Source: a bacterium (GTDB lineage: Bacteria; Hydrothermota; 32-111). Taken from it: a stretch of 58,987 bases of DNA. The notes beneath the pieces were generated by a model. That model saw nothing but the letters and a program-made list of their open reading frames with translations, did not search any database and was not told the DNA's origin. Position numbers and translations under genes: made by a program. The stretch is taken from assembly GCA_028698175.1 (NCBI GenBank), contig JAQVDU010000001.1, forward strand, positions 1 to 58,987, given 5' to 3'. How positions within the stretch are numbered: position 1 is the stretch's first letter; every line of letters starts with the position of its first letter. This document shows, piece after piece, positions 15,371 to 25,909 of this stretch.

Positions 15371-15931
15371 ATGAGCAGATTACACTGTGTGTTTTGCGAA
15401 AAAAGGCCTGTCGCAGAGCTTCTTTTAAAGCCGGATCTGCACCATATTACCTGCCGGAAATGCGGATCTTATATCATCGACGCAGTATCATTGCTGAATT
15501 TTAAATTTTCCGAATTCTACAAGGAGAGGTGCTCTTTGGCGGCGATTGTGAAAGAGATTAACTGCAGAGGGGAATCTCCTCTGATAGGATCAGCCGAAAA
15601 AAAGAATGACAAGGTTCTTACGTTTGCAAAGATGGTCTCAATGGCTCCAAAAAGCATTGACGAGAAGGCGGAAAGAATTGTTTCAAACATGCAAAGAATG
15701 GCAGAGAGGGGAAATGAAACAATGACAATTCTGAAGCATGATTTGGCATTCTACTATGCCAAGAGCATTCAGGAGGTCGAGGAGATAAAAAAGCATTTGA
15801 CTGATAACAATTTCATTGCAATCTCAATGCACAAATCAAAGATAGGCGAGGAAAACAACTACAAATTCAAATTCTTCGAAGATGCGTCATTAACTGAAAA
15901 GGGCAGGTCTCTTATCAAACAAAAATATTGA
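15371..15931 (+). CDS. Hypothetical protein with an N-terminal zinc-ribbon-like CxxC...CxxC
   Basis: CVFCEKRP..ITCRKCGSY. No other recognisable domain. Preferred over the overlapping 66-aa ORF 15304..15504. Confidence 0.5.
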   Translation: MSRLHCVFCEKRPVAELLLKPDLHHITCRKCGSYIIDAVSLLNFKFSEFYKERCSLAAIVKEINCRGESPLIGSAEKKNDKVLTFAKMVSMAPKSIDEKAERIVSNMQRMAERGNETMTILKHDLAFYYAKSIQEVEEIKKHLTDNNFIAISMHKSKIGEENNYKFKFFEDASLTEKGRSLIKQKY

Positions 15932-15962
15932 CAGTGAATCATTTTTTGAATATCATCTTTGT

Positions 15963-18623
15963 ATGAAAGGGAATAATTCAGAGTACGGATTCAAAATCAA
16001 ACATTTTGTTTATTTTTTTACCGTTATTATAATTCTTCTTATTCTCTTCACGATTTATTTCATAGCCGAGAGGCGAAATATCGAGAGGCAGGAGTTTGAT
16101 GATTTAAAGTCCGTCTCCGAAGTGAAGAAAGAGCAGATGGTTGGGTGGATGAAGGAGAGAATCGCAGACGGTGAATATCTGAAGACCTCCGAGTCAGTTA
16201 AGAATTTTTTAAAAAACACTGGCGATGAAGATGCGCTTTCGCGGCTAAAGAAAAAACTTGATGTCTTTTCTATCGACAAATCTTACACCAATATAAGGAT
16301 ATTCAATTCGGCAAGAGAGCATCTTTATTCCAGCAGAGTCGATGTGATTGAAATAAGCAAGAGCATATCAGAAAAGATAAACACCGCCATATCAGAAGAT
16401 TCCGTAATCCTCTCAGATTTCTTCTTCTGTGAATTTCACAAAAAAATCCACCTGGATCTGATTGTTCCTGTAACCGAAGGCGGAAAGGTTCTCGGAATCA
16501 TTCTCATTGACATTGATCCCCGGCTCTATCTTTACCCGATGATTCAAAAATACACGCTGAAAGACAAGACATCGGAAGTGCTTCTGGTGAGAAGAGAGGG
16601 AGACAGCGTTCTCTTCCTGAATGAATTGAGATACAGGCACAACAGCGCGATGAAATTGAAAATAAGCCTTGAAGAAAAAAATATCCCTGCAGTTAGAGCA
16701 GTTCTTGATGAAACAGGTTGCGTCACCGGCGCGGATTATGCAGGAAAAAAAGTATTTGCCTATATAAGCAGTGTTCCGATAAGCGATTGGCATATGGTTG
16801 CAAAAAAAGATGCATCCGAAGTTTACTCATCAATATCATCAAAGCTTCTAACAGCTCTTCTCTTTATGCTTTTTATCCTTGCGTTGGTTTCGGCTGTAAT
16901 CTTCTTCCTCTGGTACAGAGAAAGAACCAGACATCTGCTGAAAGATTTAGAGAACCAGAGAAGCATTCAGGAAAAAAACAGAGAACTTCAGGATGCTGTT
17001 TATCAGCTTGAATCTGCCAATGAGGAATTGCAGGCGTCGGAAGAGGAGCTTATCGCCGCAGAAGAAGAACTGCGCACTCAGGTCGAAGAGCTTGAGACAA
17101 GCCAGCGCTCCCTCCTCGAATCCGAAGAAAAATTCAGAGTCGCCCTCAAAAATGCCAATATAACGGTTTTTACCAACAACAACAGGCTTGAATACACTTG
17201 GATTTACAACCCGCCGGCAGGAATCATTTCATCTGAAATATTGGGGAAAACGGACTATGACATTTTGGAGAAAATGCAGGCGCGGAAAGTCTCTGAAATA
17301 AAGGAGCGTGTTTTAAAGTCCGGAATAGCGGAAGAATCTAATTTGGAATTAATTTTTGGGAGCAAAAAGAGGTATTTCACCTTCAATGTAGAGCCGATTT
17401 ACGACAAAAACAGAAAGATAACAGGCGTATTGTGCGCCGCTATGGACATAACCGAAAGAAAAGCGATGGAGGAGGAGCTCTTTCAGGCATACAAAATGGA
17501 GGCGGTGGGACAGCTTGCCGGCGGAGTGGCGCATGATTTCAACAACATGCTTGCTGGAATAATGGGAAGCGCCGAAATGCTTCAATATAAGCTTGCCGGA
17601 GACGAAACGCTTCTTGTTTATGTTTTCAACATCCTGCGCGCTTCCGAGCATGCGGCTCGTCTGACAAGCCAGCTTTTATCTTTCGCTCGGAAAGGTCAGT
17701 ACCAGAAGATACCGGTTTCAACCCACAGAATAATCATTGACGTAGTCAATATGCTTGAAAACACGATTGACAAAAGAATAAGAATAGAACAAAAGCTCAA
17801 TGCAAATCCAAACACTGTTCTCGGAGATCCGACGCAAATTCAGAATGCAATCTTGAATCTCGCGATTAATGCAAGGGATTCTTACTGCTCTGAGGGCGGA
17901 GTGATAGTCATTGCGACAGAGAAGGCTGAGCTCTCGAAAGAGTACACAGAAAAATACAGAAAAGACATAAATGCCGGAGATTATGTGCTTATAAAGGTTA
18001 TTGACCGAGGATGCGGAATGTCTGAAGAGGTAAAAAAACATCTTTTTGAGCCGTTCTTTACAACCAAGGAGACCGGGAAAGGAACAGGACTGGGACTTGC
18101 CTCAGTTTATGGCATAGTCAAGAATCATAATGGCATAATAGAAGTGGAATCAGAGCCTGGAAAGGGTACGGAGATAAAAGTTTATTTGCCGGTCTCTTCA
18201 TCCGAACCGGTAGAGAGAGAGGAAGTTTATCCTCTCGGCTCTTTTAACGGGTTGGGCATGACCATTCTCATAGTTGATGATGAAGACCTTATAAGAAAAA
18301 ACACCGAAGAGGTCCTGTTAAAGTACGGTTACAGGGTTTTACACGCCAAAAACGGAAGAGAAGCTATTGAAGTCTTAAAAAGAAACAGCGAAGAAATCAA
18401 TCTTGTGATACTTGATATGATAATGCCTGATATGGACGGAAGGGAGACGTTCATTCAGATGAAAAAAGTCAAATTTGAAGTGAATGTTCTTTTGTCAACA
18501 GGCTACTCTGCAGACGAAGAGGCTAATAAAATGGTGGAGCTTGGAATAAAGGGATTCATTCAGAAGCCGTTTAAAGCTACTGAATTACTTAAAAAACTGC
18601 ACGAAATACTGACAAAATCATAA
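15963..18623 (+). CDS. Hybrid sensor histidine kinase/response regulator (periplasmic Cache-like region, coiled coil, PAS, HisKA, HATPase, REC)
   Basis: Two TM segments flank a ~270-aa loop. NEELQASEEELIAAEEEL coiled coil, H-box GGVAHDFNNML, GTGLGL, and receiver ILIVDDE..ILDMIMPDMDG. Confidence 0.85.
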   Translation: MKGNNSEYGFKIKHFVYFFTVIIILLILFTIYFIAERRNIERQEFDDLKSVSEVKKEQMVGWMKERIADGEYLKTSESVKNFLKNTGDEDALSRLKKKLDVFSIDKSYTNIRIFNSAREHLYSSRVDVIEISKSISEKINTAISEDSVILSDFFFCEFHKKIHLDLIVPVTEGGKVLGIILIDIDPRLYLYPMIQKYTLKDKTSEVLLVRREGDSVLFLNELRYRHNSAMKLKISLEEKNIPAVRAVLDETGCVTGADYAGKKVFAYISSVPISDWHMVAKKDASEVYSSISSKLLTALLFMLFILALVSAVIFFLWYRERTRHLLKDLENQRSIQEKNRELQDAVYQLESANEELQASEEELIAAEEELRTQVEELETSQRSLLESEEKFRVALKNANITVFTNNNRLEYTWIYNPPAGIISSEILGKTDYDILEKMQARKVSEIKERVLKSGIAEESNLELIFGSKKRYFTFNVEPIYDKNRKITGVLCAAMDITERKAMEEELFQAYKMEAVGQLAGGVAHDFNNMLAGIMGSAEMLQYKLAGDETLLVYVFNILRASEHAARLTSQLLSFARKGQYQKIPVSTHRIIIDVVNMLENTIDKRIRIEQKLNANPNTVLGDPTQIQNAILNLAINARDSYCSEGGVIVIATEKAELSKEYTEKYRKDINAGDYVLIKVIDRGCGMSEEVKKHLFEPFFTTKETGKGTGLGLASVYGIVKNHNGIIEVESEPGKGTEIKVYLPVSSSEPVEREEVYPLGSFNGLGMTILIVDDEDLIRKNTEEVLLKYGYRVLHAKNGREAIEVLKRNSEEINLVILDMIMPDMDGRETFIQMKKVKFEVNVLLSTGYSADEEANKMVELGIKGFIQKPFKATELLKKLHEILTKS

Positions 18624-19136
18624 ACCTGAAGCAAGAGCAATCTTATCCTTTGAATCTGCCGGCGCGCTTTTTACGGCTCCGGAAGAAAGAATCACTTCAT
18701 CATTCTCGCAAAGCTGAAGAATGACCATTCCCGTTTCAAGAAGAGACAAACCTTCATCTTTTAATGTGAGTTTGATTTTCCCGAAAGGCTTCATGTAAAT
18801 CTCTTTTTCAGGATAAACGACGGTGTTATGTTCTCCACTAGGATCAATTAATGATATGCGAAGAATAATCCTTCGGCTTTCATTGCTTCTGTTTATAAAT
18901 TTGGCTGTTAACTCCTTTTGAAAAGCCATCTCAGTCACTTCAAGGAGGGTCGCCTTAGAAATATCGGAGGATTCTTCTGAGGCGGAATATTCATTGACCG
19001 GCAGTTCGACGGAATTTGATACAATCGAGGGCAGTTTAATGACTACTTGAATTGAGGCTGAAGATGAGTCTGCGAATGAATCCGTGCAAAGAGCAATTAG
19101 AAGAGAAAGCATGAGAATTTTTTTTGTATTTTTCAT
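18618..19136 (-). CDS. Secreted hypothetical protein
   Basis: ATG 19136 follows GTGAGGT. Signal peptide MKNTKKILMLSLLIALCTDSFA. Confidence 0.5.
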   Translation of the reverse strand: MKNTKKILMLSLLIALCTDSFADSSSASIQVVIKLPSIVSNSVELPVNEYSASEESSDISKATLLEVTEMAFQKELTAKFINRSNESRRIILRISLIDPSGEHNTVVYPEKEIYMKPFGKIKLTLKDEGLSLLETGMVILQLCENDEVILSSGAVKSAPADSKDKIALASGL

Positions 19137-19318
19137 AAAGACCTCACTTGTTTGAATATAGAAGGGCATAATCAATGCCATCTGTAAGTGAAGAAATGAA
19201 GATGTTTATGGCGGATGAAATTGAAGCCGGAGTAATGTTTTGTTGTCCCTGTAACTGATACATGACGGGAAAGCCCACCAAAAAGGTGGGGCTTTTCCAA
19301 GGAGGATTGAAATGCTTG

Positions 19319-22300
19319 TTATCTTAATACAACTATCTTCTCTTTAAGCAGTTCTTTCTTTCCGCCGGTCACTCTTACAAAGTATTCTCCGCATGCCAGG
19401 TCGCTAACATCAAAAGTATGCCTCTCGAGAGCGGGAGAGAGTTTCTTGTTGGCAACTACTTCGCCGAGTTTGTTTATCAAAGTGGCTTCGACATAATCTT
19501 CCTTAGTCGAATAGAGTATTGTTATTGCGTCCTTGACAAGGTGCTCTTTTAAGACCGCAGCGGATTTGATATTCATTCTGCACTCAGGAATGCTCTTTTC
19601 CTGAGATCTCAGAAGCACGCCCGCGACGAATGAAGTATTTCTTTCATCAAAAAGCGTTTTTGAAAATGATATGCCGTTTCCGAAAGAGGAGGATGAGTAT
19701 GATTCTATTCTGAACAGATTCCCTGCATAATCCCTCACTACGAGCGAGGGTTTCATATTGCCGTAGAAATCAACGGCTATAGGGCATGACATAACCATAT
19801 CCTCAAGCTGAACAAATTGTGGGAATATAGGCGAAAGCTGTTGATTGTAAACAGCAATTTTGCCTCCTCTGGTGACAAAGACAAAGTCCTCCGCCTTGTC
19901 TCCGTTGAAATCATAAATCAACAGCTCATTGTATGTGTTCATCTGTTCATTTGTCGCCGCAGTAGACATCCTTGCTCCTGAGTTGTCGACTACGCATATA
20001 TTGCCGTTTATATCGGAAAAAATCATTTCCTGATTTCTGTCTTTTCCTATGTCAAATATCCTCGGCGTGTGGTATATCCCGGCCGCGCAAGTGTGAGGAA
20101 AGCCGTCTCTGAGCGCTCCATACTCGTTCACAACGTAGAGTTTGCCGGAAGCTGTTCCGAGAACAATGTCAAGGCAATCATCAGAGTCGATGTCTGTAAG
20201 AATCATCGGGGTGACGGTTACAAGTCCTATCCTGTACGGAAATCCGCTTCTCTCAATGCCTGCGAAATCATAGGAGTAAATATTGCCGTAATAATCATTG
20301 GCAAAAAATTTAGAATCAACTTCGGATACTGCTATTCCCCATACATTGATAATGCTTTTTGCCTGCCAAACGCTTGAACGGTCATGGTTGACTGCCGCAA
20401 GAACCTTTGACGTTCCGAGAAGAACCTCATTGTAATTGTCTGCGTCGATGTTCGCAATTACAGGAGATGCCGTGAGCACACCGAGAGAGCATATCGGAAT
20501 AATTCTTCTTGATGCATCCATAGGATTCAGAATAATGAAAGCCGTTGTCTCCGAAAGAGCGGAGCCGTTTCCGATTACTATGTCAGGATATCCGTTCATG
20601 TCAATGTCTCCTATTGCCGGAGTTGTTTCATTGTGAGGTGTTGTGAAGAGGGTGAACGGGGTTATATCATTAAGGTTTTCATCCAAAATAAAGAACTTTC
20701 CGTCATCCGCCACAAGCACTATGTTTTTTGCTCCGTCTTTGTCAAGGTCGCTGGCATTCATTGAAGATCTTGCATAATATCTCTTTCCGTCGAGAGAACC
20801 GTAAAAAGAACCGCTCGTCTTAACCGTCGATTTGTATGACTTAGAATAAGTTACAGCCGCCACTGTGTTTGAAGTGTCCACTATTCTGTCAAGATTGTCT
20901 TTAAAGACAGCGTAATAATAACTGGTTCCCAGGGGCGCATTAAAATCCTTGAACAGAATTTCTCCCGGTTCAAGAGACGCCGCAATATAATACTCTCCAG
21001 AAATAGAATTTAACCTGTATATTTCCGTTCTGTATTCCGACTGCCTGAAATAGACGGCGGTGTGATTCAATTTCACGGATGAAAGTATTGTAATTTCAGT
21101 ATCTGCAGGCATACCCCGCACAATAAGCGTCTCTTCGCGCATTTTATATGAGAAAATTATCTTGTATGTGCTCCTCTCTATTGTGCTGTCGCTTCCGCCG
21201 CGTTTCATTTTTATTGATCTCAGAGAACAAAAGCGGCCGTTCCACGATGTTATTTCATGGAGAGAATCAGAGACGGTAATACCCTGAGTAAGAGAAGATA
21301 TCTTTACAAATACCCCGAATAAAGTGTCGTCAGAGCTTTTTTCGAGCAAAATGGAATCTATGAAAGGATTGTCATTTCCTGCAAAGAAAACCGATGCGAC
21401 AGAGAATTTCTCCGGTTCGAGGGTGATTGAAAGGGAATCGCTCCGTGTGAAAGAACCGAAACCGACTTCAAACCCTATTTTTTTGACTGTTTTAATCAGG
21501 GGATTTTTATAATAGTAAAGAGTGCATATAATCTGAACGCTCCCGTTTGGAGATACTGTCAAATCAAAAATGTCTTTATTGAAAAAGAAGAGCGAGTCAT
21601 CCCCGCCGGCATGCACGTGTTCAAGAAGCAAAGGCTCGCTTGAACGGTTTTCTATCAAAAAGCCGATAAGCCTGTCTTCAATAAGAACCGGAGATGACAC
21701 ATTGAACTGACGCTCACCTCCGACAAAGAACGAGCCGTCATAGGGAATGTGATTTTTTAGAGAGACTCCTATCCTGACGTTTCCGCTGAGCATTCCGGGA
21801 AGAACGCATATTCTTCCGTCGGCATCCGTAAAGAATCTGAGATATGAAGAATCATCCATTAAAACAATTTTTGCTCCCCGGACGGGAGAATCTCCGGACA
21901 GAACGGATATTCTTACCGTGTCATAAATGCTGAAGGTGTCAAAATACTCAACATGAAGTTTTTCCGGAGGACGAGTATAAACAGGCATAGTCGAAAATCC
22001 AATCATGTTGACTGCGACCCTGAAGTATATGCTGTTATCGATAAGAGCGAATCTGAGCGCATCGCCAGTGAATGATGATGAACTGTCAAGAATCATCTTC
22101 CAATATCTGTTCATAAGACCTTGAGAACCTGTCCATCCGGTTCTTGTGAATCCGACTATATTGGATACACTGCTCTTCATAGATTTCAGAAGACCGTTTG
22201 AAGCGGAATTTCTGTCATAACCGTTCGCCGAGCATCCCATTGTGAACATTATCGAATAAACGGAATCGGCATTGGAGAGGTAAAGAGTGTCCCAAGAACT

Positions 22301-23575
22301 GTACTCGGTCTTTGTGTCCAGATTTCCAGTGCCGAGAAAAAATTCTCCCGAGTGATCTATGTGATTGATATAGTGATAACCTTCGGATATCTCAATGATG
22401 AAACTTTGTCTGTTGAGCTGGACGTCTCCGGAGTATGCGGGTTCGTCATTGAATGTATCGCAAACCGGAGCGTAAAGCTTTCTGTTGACCAGCTGAGAAG
22501 AAGCGTTCATCGCGATTATCATTTCCGACATCAGCTGACCGCTTCCGTCAGTCAAGCCGCTCAACAGAGAAGCTCCCATGTGCAGAAAAGAAAAGGTTTT
22601 TGAAGCATTGTTGGAGAATACGTATCTGAAGTATTTGCTTAAAATGTTTTCAAGCTCTTCTTCGTTTGAAAAAGGAATCCGAGAGACGGCTATATCAGGA
22701 AATCCGTCTTCAATATCGGACATAAGTTCGCCGATCTCATCGTCTTTGTCCATATTCCAGTTTCCGTTCATATCCGCATAGTACAGGTCTGTCGGAATGT
22801 AACCGATATGATAGTAAATTGAAGAAAAGGAGAGCCGAACGGGCACTATTTCCGTGCCGCCGGCGATAAGAACGAATCTTATTCCCTTTTCCGCATATTG
22901 GCTCTTTATGTAATTTCTTATTTTTTCCTGCTCATCCGCCCCCGGAAACAAAGAGTAAATAGATTCTGTCTCTGTGATGATGGTTTTTATCCCCATCAGA
23001 TTTTCATGTTCGCAGAACGATTCAAGGAGAGGGACATAATGAGAAGATGTTATGATAACCATGTCAAGAGTCGCCGTATCGCTCAGACCTTTAGCGTTCC
23101 ATGATGCTGCGTTCCTAGCATCAAAATCAAAGATGCTTTTCTTTGTTTCGCTCTCCAGCTCCTTGTAATTTATTGTGACTTTTGCGTATGCGACGGTGTC
23201 CGAACCTGAAACAGGCGAGAATGATATTATTACGTAAGTGCGGTCAGTCAGTCTGCCTGCCGTGTAAGAGATATGGCTCTCCTGTGTTTTGCGATAGAAT
23301 GAATCTGCCCCGGATGTGGAGTATTCCGGTTTTGGGTTTGCGGGCGGGAGAAGAAGGTCGGGATCTTTTCCGAAAACTGCAGTTACAGAGGTTATTGTCG
23401 CGCTCCTCTCGATAACCACTCTCTTTTCTATTATTATTTCTCCCATCTCGGTTGAATTATAATAAAAATTATTTTTATTGATCTCTTCAACCACATTGAT
23501 TTCAATGGTAGCTTCGCCTGCTGAAGAGAATCCGAACAACACTAGAAGAGCTAACAGAAGCGATAGAGTTTTCAT
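19319..23575 (-). CDS. Very large secreted peptidase C25 (gingipain-like) domain protein with FG-GAP/VCBS-like repeats and a T9SS C-terminal sorting domain
   Basis: Start MKTLSLLLALLVLFGFSSA follows AAGGAGG. C25-like His/Cys contexts NHIDHSGEF and TMGCSANGYD. DxDxDG-type repeats (DLDKDG, DIDMNGYPD, DIDSDD). Tail is GEYFVRVTGGKKELLKEKIVVLR. Confidence 0.7.
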   Translation of the reverse strand: MKTLSLLLALLVLFGFSSAGEATIEINVVEEINKNNFYYNSTEMGEIIIEKRVVIERSATITSVTAVFGKDPDLLLPPANPKPEYSTSGADSFYRKTQESHISYTAGRLTDRTYVIISFSPVSGSDTVAYAKVTINYKELESETKKSIFDFDARNAASWNAKGLSDTATLDMVIITSSHYVPLLESFCEHENLMGIKTIITETESIYSLFPGADEQEKIRNYIKSQYAEKGIRFVLIAGGTEIVPVRLSFSSIYYHIGYIPTDLYYADMNGNWNMDKDDEIGELMSDIEDGFPDIAVSRIPFSNEEELENILSKYFRYVFSNNASKTFSFLHMGASLLSGLTDGSGQLMSEMIIAMNASSQLVNRKLYAPVCDTFNDEPAYSGDVQLNRQSFIIEISEGYHYINHIDHSGEFFLGTGNLDTKTEYSSWDTLYLSNADSVYSIMFTMGCSANGYDRNSASNGLLKSMKSSVSNIVGFTRTGWTGSQGLMNRYWKMILDSSSSFTGDALRFALIDNSIYFRVAVNMIGFSTMPVYTRPPEKLHVEYFDTFSIYDTVRISVLSGDSPVRGAKIVLMDDSSYLRFFTDADGRICVLPGMLSGNVRIGVSLKNHIPYDGSFFVGGERQFNVSSPVLIEDRLIGFLIENRSSEPLLLEHVHAGGDDSLFFFNKDIFDLTVSPNGSVQIICTLYYYKNPLIKTVKKIGFEVGFGSFTRSDSLSITLEPEKFSVASVFFAGNDNPFIDSILLEKSSDDTLFGVFVKISSLTQGITVSDSLHEITSWNGRFCSLRSIKMKRGGSDSTIERSTYKIIFSYKMREETLIVRGMPADTEITILSSVKLNHTAVYFRQSEYRTEIYRLNSISGEYYIAASLEPGEILFKDFNAPLGTSYYYAVFKDNLDRIVDTSNTVAAVTYSKSYKSTVKTSGSFYGSLDGKRYYARSSMNASDLDKDGAKNIVLVADDGKFFILDENLNDITPFTLFTTPHNETTPAIGDIDMNGYPDIVIGNGSALSETTAFIILNPMDASRRIIPICSLGVLTASPVIANIDADNYNEVLLGTSKVLAAVNHDRSSVWQAKSIINVWGIAVSEVDSKFFANDYYGNIYSYDFAGIERSGFPYRIGLVTVTPMILTDIDSDDCLDIVLGTASGKLYVVNEYGALRDGFPHTCAAGIYHTPRIFDIGKDRNQEMIFSDINGNICVVDNSGARMSTAATNEQMNTYNELLIYDFNGDKAEDFVFVTRGGKIAVYNQQLSPIFPQFVQLEDMVMSCPIAVDFYGNMKPSLVVRDYAGNLFRIESYSSSSFGNGISFSKTLFDERNTSFVAGVLLRSQEKSIPECRMNIKSAAVLKEHLVKDAITILYSTKEDYVEATLINKLGEVVANKKLSPALERHTFDVSDLACGEYFVRVTGGKKELLKEKIVVLR

Positions 23576-23827
23576 TTTGACTTCCTCCTTTGATGTCTCA
23601 AGCAAAGTCAAAAAAAATGCCAGATGTAAGTTTTGATAAAACAATGGGATAGAGAGTTGGAACTATGAGTATCTGTCATGCCTGTATTACAACCGAATAT
23701 ACTAGAGAAGAAATTCGGTTAGCAGATGACGGTGAAAACGACATATCCAATCTGCCTTGCCACCACTTGACATTTTTTTTATTTTGTTCATAATCATATA
23801 ATTATGAAAAAAATAAAAGGAGGATTA

Positions 23828-25909
23828 ATGAGGTATATACGCTTCATTATGGCAGTTCTTGCCGTAGTTATGATTTTTGCTTCATGCGAAAAGAAAGTTT
23901 CGCGCCTTCCGGAGAACGGAGAGGCGGGCGGAGAGATAGTCGTGGGAATCGTGGGAGAACCGGAGAATCTTACTCCGCTCTATCCCTCGTTCATCTATCA
24001 TAATGAAATTACAGACATGATATTCCTGCCGCTTCACAAGAATGACGTCAATGACAGGATAGTGCCTATGCTTGCAACCTCGTGGGAGTATTCCGAGGAC
24101 CTGAAGAAGATAACGTACAATCTGAGAAACGACGTTGTCTGGGAGGACGGCAATCCGGTCACCGCATATGACGTGGAATATACTTTTAATGCGATGAAGA
24201 ACCCTGCCAACAATTACCCGCTTATAATGAAGCTTCAGAACATTGACTCCGCAAAGGCGATTTCAAATACAAGGATTGTCTTTTTCTGCAATAAGGTCTA
24301 TCCGATGGCTCTCTTTGACTCAAACATAAAAGCCCTTCCCAAGCACCTGCTTGAGAATGAGAAGAATCTTGCCAATGCTCAGTTCAACAGAAAACCTGTC
24401 GGAAACGGACCGTACAAACTCGACAAATGGGAAGCTTCAAAGTATGTCTCCCTTTCAAAGAATGATAAATACACTCTTGAAGACAAACCCTTCATAGAAA
24501 AGATAGTATATAAAATTTATTCTGACCAGGGCGTGATGTTTGAAGAGATAAAGAAGGGAATAGTCGACATAGCGTATGACATATCCCCGGAAAGGCTCTC
24601 GGAGCTCGGCAAACTGAAGAATGTGACTCCCGTGAGCAAGAAGGGAAACACCTATACGTATCTCGGATTCAATGCATCAAGACCTCCGTTTGACTCGAAG
24701 GATTTCAGAACAGCCCTTTCAATGCTCATTGACAGAAGTGTGCTCATCAAGAACACCCTTCAGGGAAACGGAATAGCAGCCAATGGCCCGATAACGCCTT
24801 CATTCTGGGCTTACTCGGATGAGGTCAAACCGGTTGAGTATAAAAAAGCGGATGCCATGAAGACGATTGATGCAGTGCTTAAAAAAGACAAGAAAGGGTA
24901 TACGTACAACCAAAAACCCTATGTCTTCAACATAATAACTGACAGAAATGACGCGATGATGGTCAAAGTGGCAAATGAAATAGGCCTTCAGCTCTCCAAT
25001 GCAGGGCTCACAGTGAAGGTGACAGACCTTCCCTCGGATTCACTGATCATAAAGCTCTTTACGAGGGACTATGACGCATACGTCCTTTCATGGCAGGTGA
25101 GCGATGACTTCAATCCCTTCCCGTTCTGGTCATCAAAGAAGGATGTAGGCAGATTCAATTTCGTAAATTACTATAACGGAAGCGTTGATTCTATAGTCAA
25201 CCTCGCAATGACAACAATGGATAAAAATGAGGCATTCGGCTACTGGAAAGAGTTTCAGAAGATAGTGGCGGAAGACCAGCCATATGCCTTCCTATATGTC
25301 CCCAACAGAACAATAATAGTCAACAATACATTGAAATCATTTGAAAACGTCTATGCAAGCGCGATAGAGCCCATATCAAACCTCGACGTATTCTTCGTGG
25401 AGAAATCAGGCCAGAAGAAGGTTGACATGGCTATGTTTGTCAAGGCGGAGGTCAAGGAGGAAGAGGAGAAAAAGACAGAGGTGAAGAAGACTGACGCAAA
25501 GAAGACGGAAGTAAAGAAAGAAGAGCCGAAGACCACCACTCCCGCGCCGACTGCGGCACAGCTTCTCTCCCAGCAGGTCTCCTCTCAGAACACTCCTGCT
25601 CCTGTTGACACTGTCAAGAAGGAAGAGGAGAAGAAGCCGGCTGTTATAGTCCAGCCCGCTCCGGTAAAGATAATTCAGCCCGCATATCCTGATGCCGCCA
25701 AGAAGATAGGAGCAGAGGGAACAGTATATGTAGAGGCGATAGTGGGCAAAGACGGAAAGGTTGTCTCGGCAAAGGTTATCAAGTCCCTCAACCCGGCGTG
25801 CGATGAGGCGGCTGTCAATGCGGCCCTTAAGGCGGTATTCAATCCGGGGACAACAGACGGAGTACCTACTGAGATGAAGACGACAATCCCCTACAGGTTC
25901 AAACCGTAA
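23828..25909 (+). CDS. Lipoprotein fusion: family-5 solute-binding protein (peptide/nickel type) + K/E/P-rich linker + TonB C-terminal domain
   Basis: ATG 23828 follows AAGGAGGA. Lipobox FASC. SBP_bac_5-like body. Linker EVKEEEEKKTEVKKTDAKKTEVKKEEPK. C-terminus PAYPDAAKKIGAEGTVYVEAIVGKDGKVVSAKVIKSLNPACDEAAVNAALKAVFNPG matches TonB_C. Confidence 0.75.
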   Translation: MRYIRFIMAVLAVVMIFASCEKKVSRLPENGEAGGEIVVGIVGEPENLTPLYPSFIYHNEITDMIFLPLHKNDVNDRIVPMLATSWEYSEDLKKITYNLRNDVVWEDGNPVTAYDVEYTFNAMKNPANNYPLIMKLQNIDSAKAISNTRIVFFCNKVYPMALFDSNIKALPKHLLENEKNLANAQFNRKPVGNGPYKLDKWEASKYVSLSKNDKYTLEDKPFIEKIVYKIYSDQGVMFEEIKKGIVDIAYDISPERLSELGKLKNVTPVSKKGNTYTYLGFNASRPPFDSKDFRTALSMLIDRSVLIKNTLQGNGIAANGPITPSFWAYSDEVKPVEYKKADAMKTIDAVLKKDKKGYTYNQKPYVFNIITDRNDAMMVKVANEIGLQLSNAGLTVKVTDLPSDSLIIKLFTRDYDAYVLSWQVSDDFNPFPFWSSKKDVGRFNFVNYYNGSVDSIVNLAMTTMDKNEAFGYWKEFQKIVAEDQPYAFLYVPNRTIIVNNTLKSFENVYASAIEPISNLDVFFVEKSGQKKVDMAMFVKAEVKEEEEKKTEVKKTDAKKTEVKKEEPKTTTPAPTAAQLLSQQVSSQNTPAPVDTVKKEEEKKPAVIVQPAPVKIIQPAYPDAAKKIGAEGTVYVEAIVGKDGKVVSAKVIKSLNPACDEAAVNAALKAVFNPGTTDGVPTEMKTTIPYRFKP

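Noticed and set aside
15304-15504. 66-aa ORF overlapping the start of the zinc-ribbon gene
   Set aside because: It is out of frame with and overlapped by the longer 186-aa ORF (15371..15931), which has the better RBS context. It has no motifs of its own.
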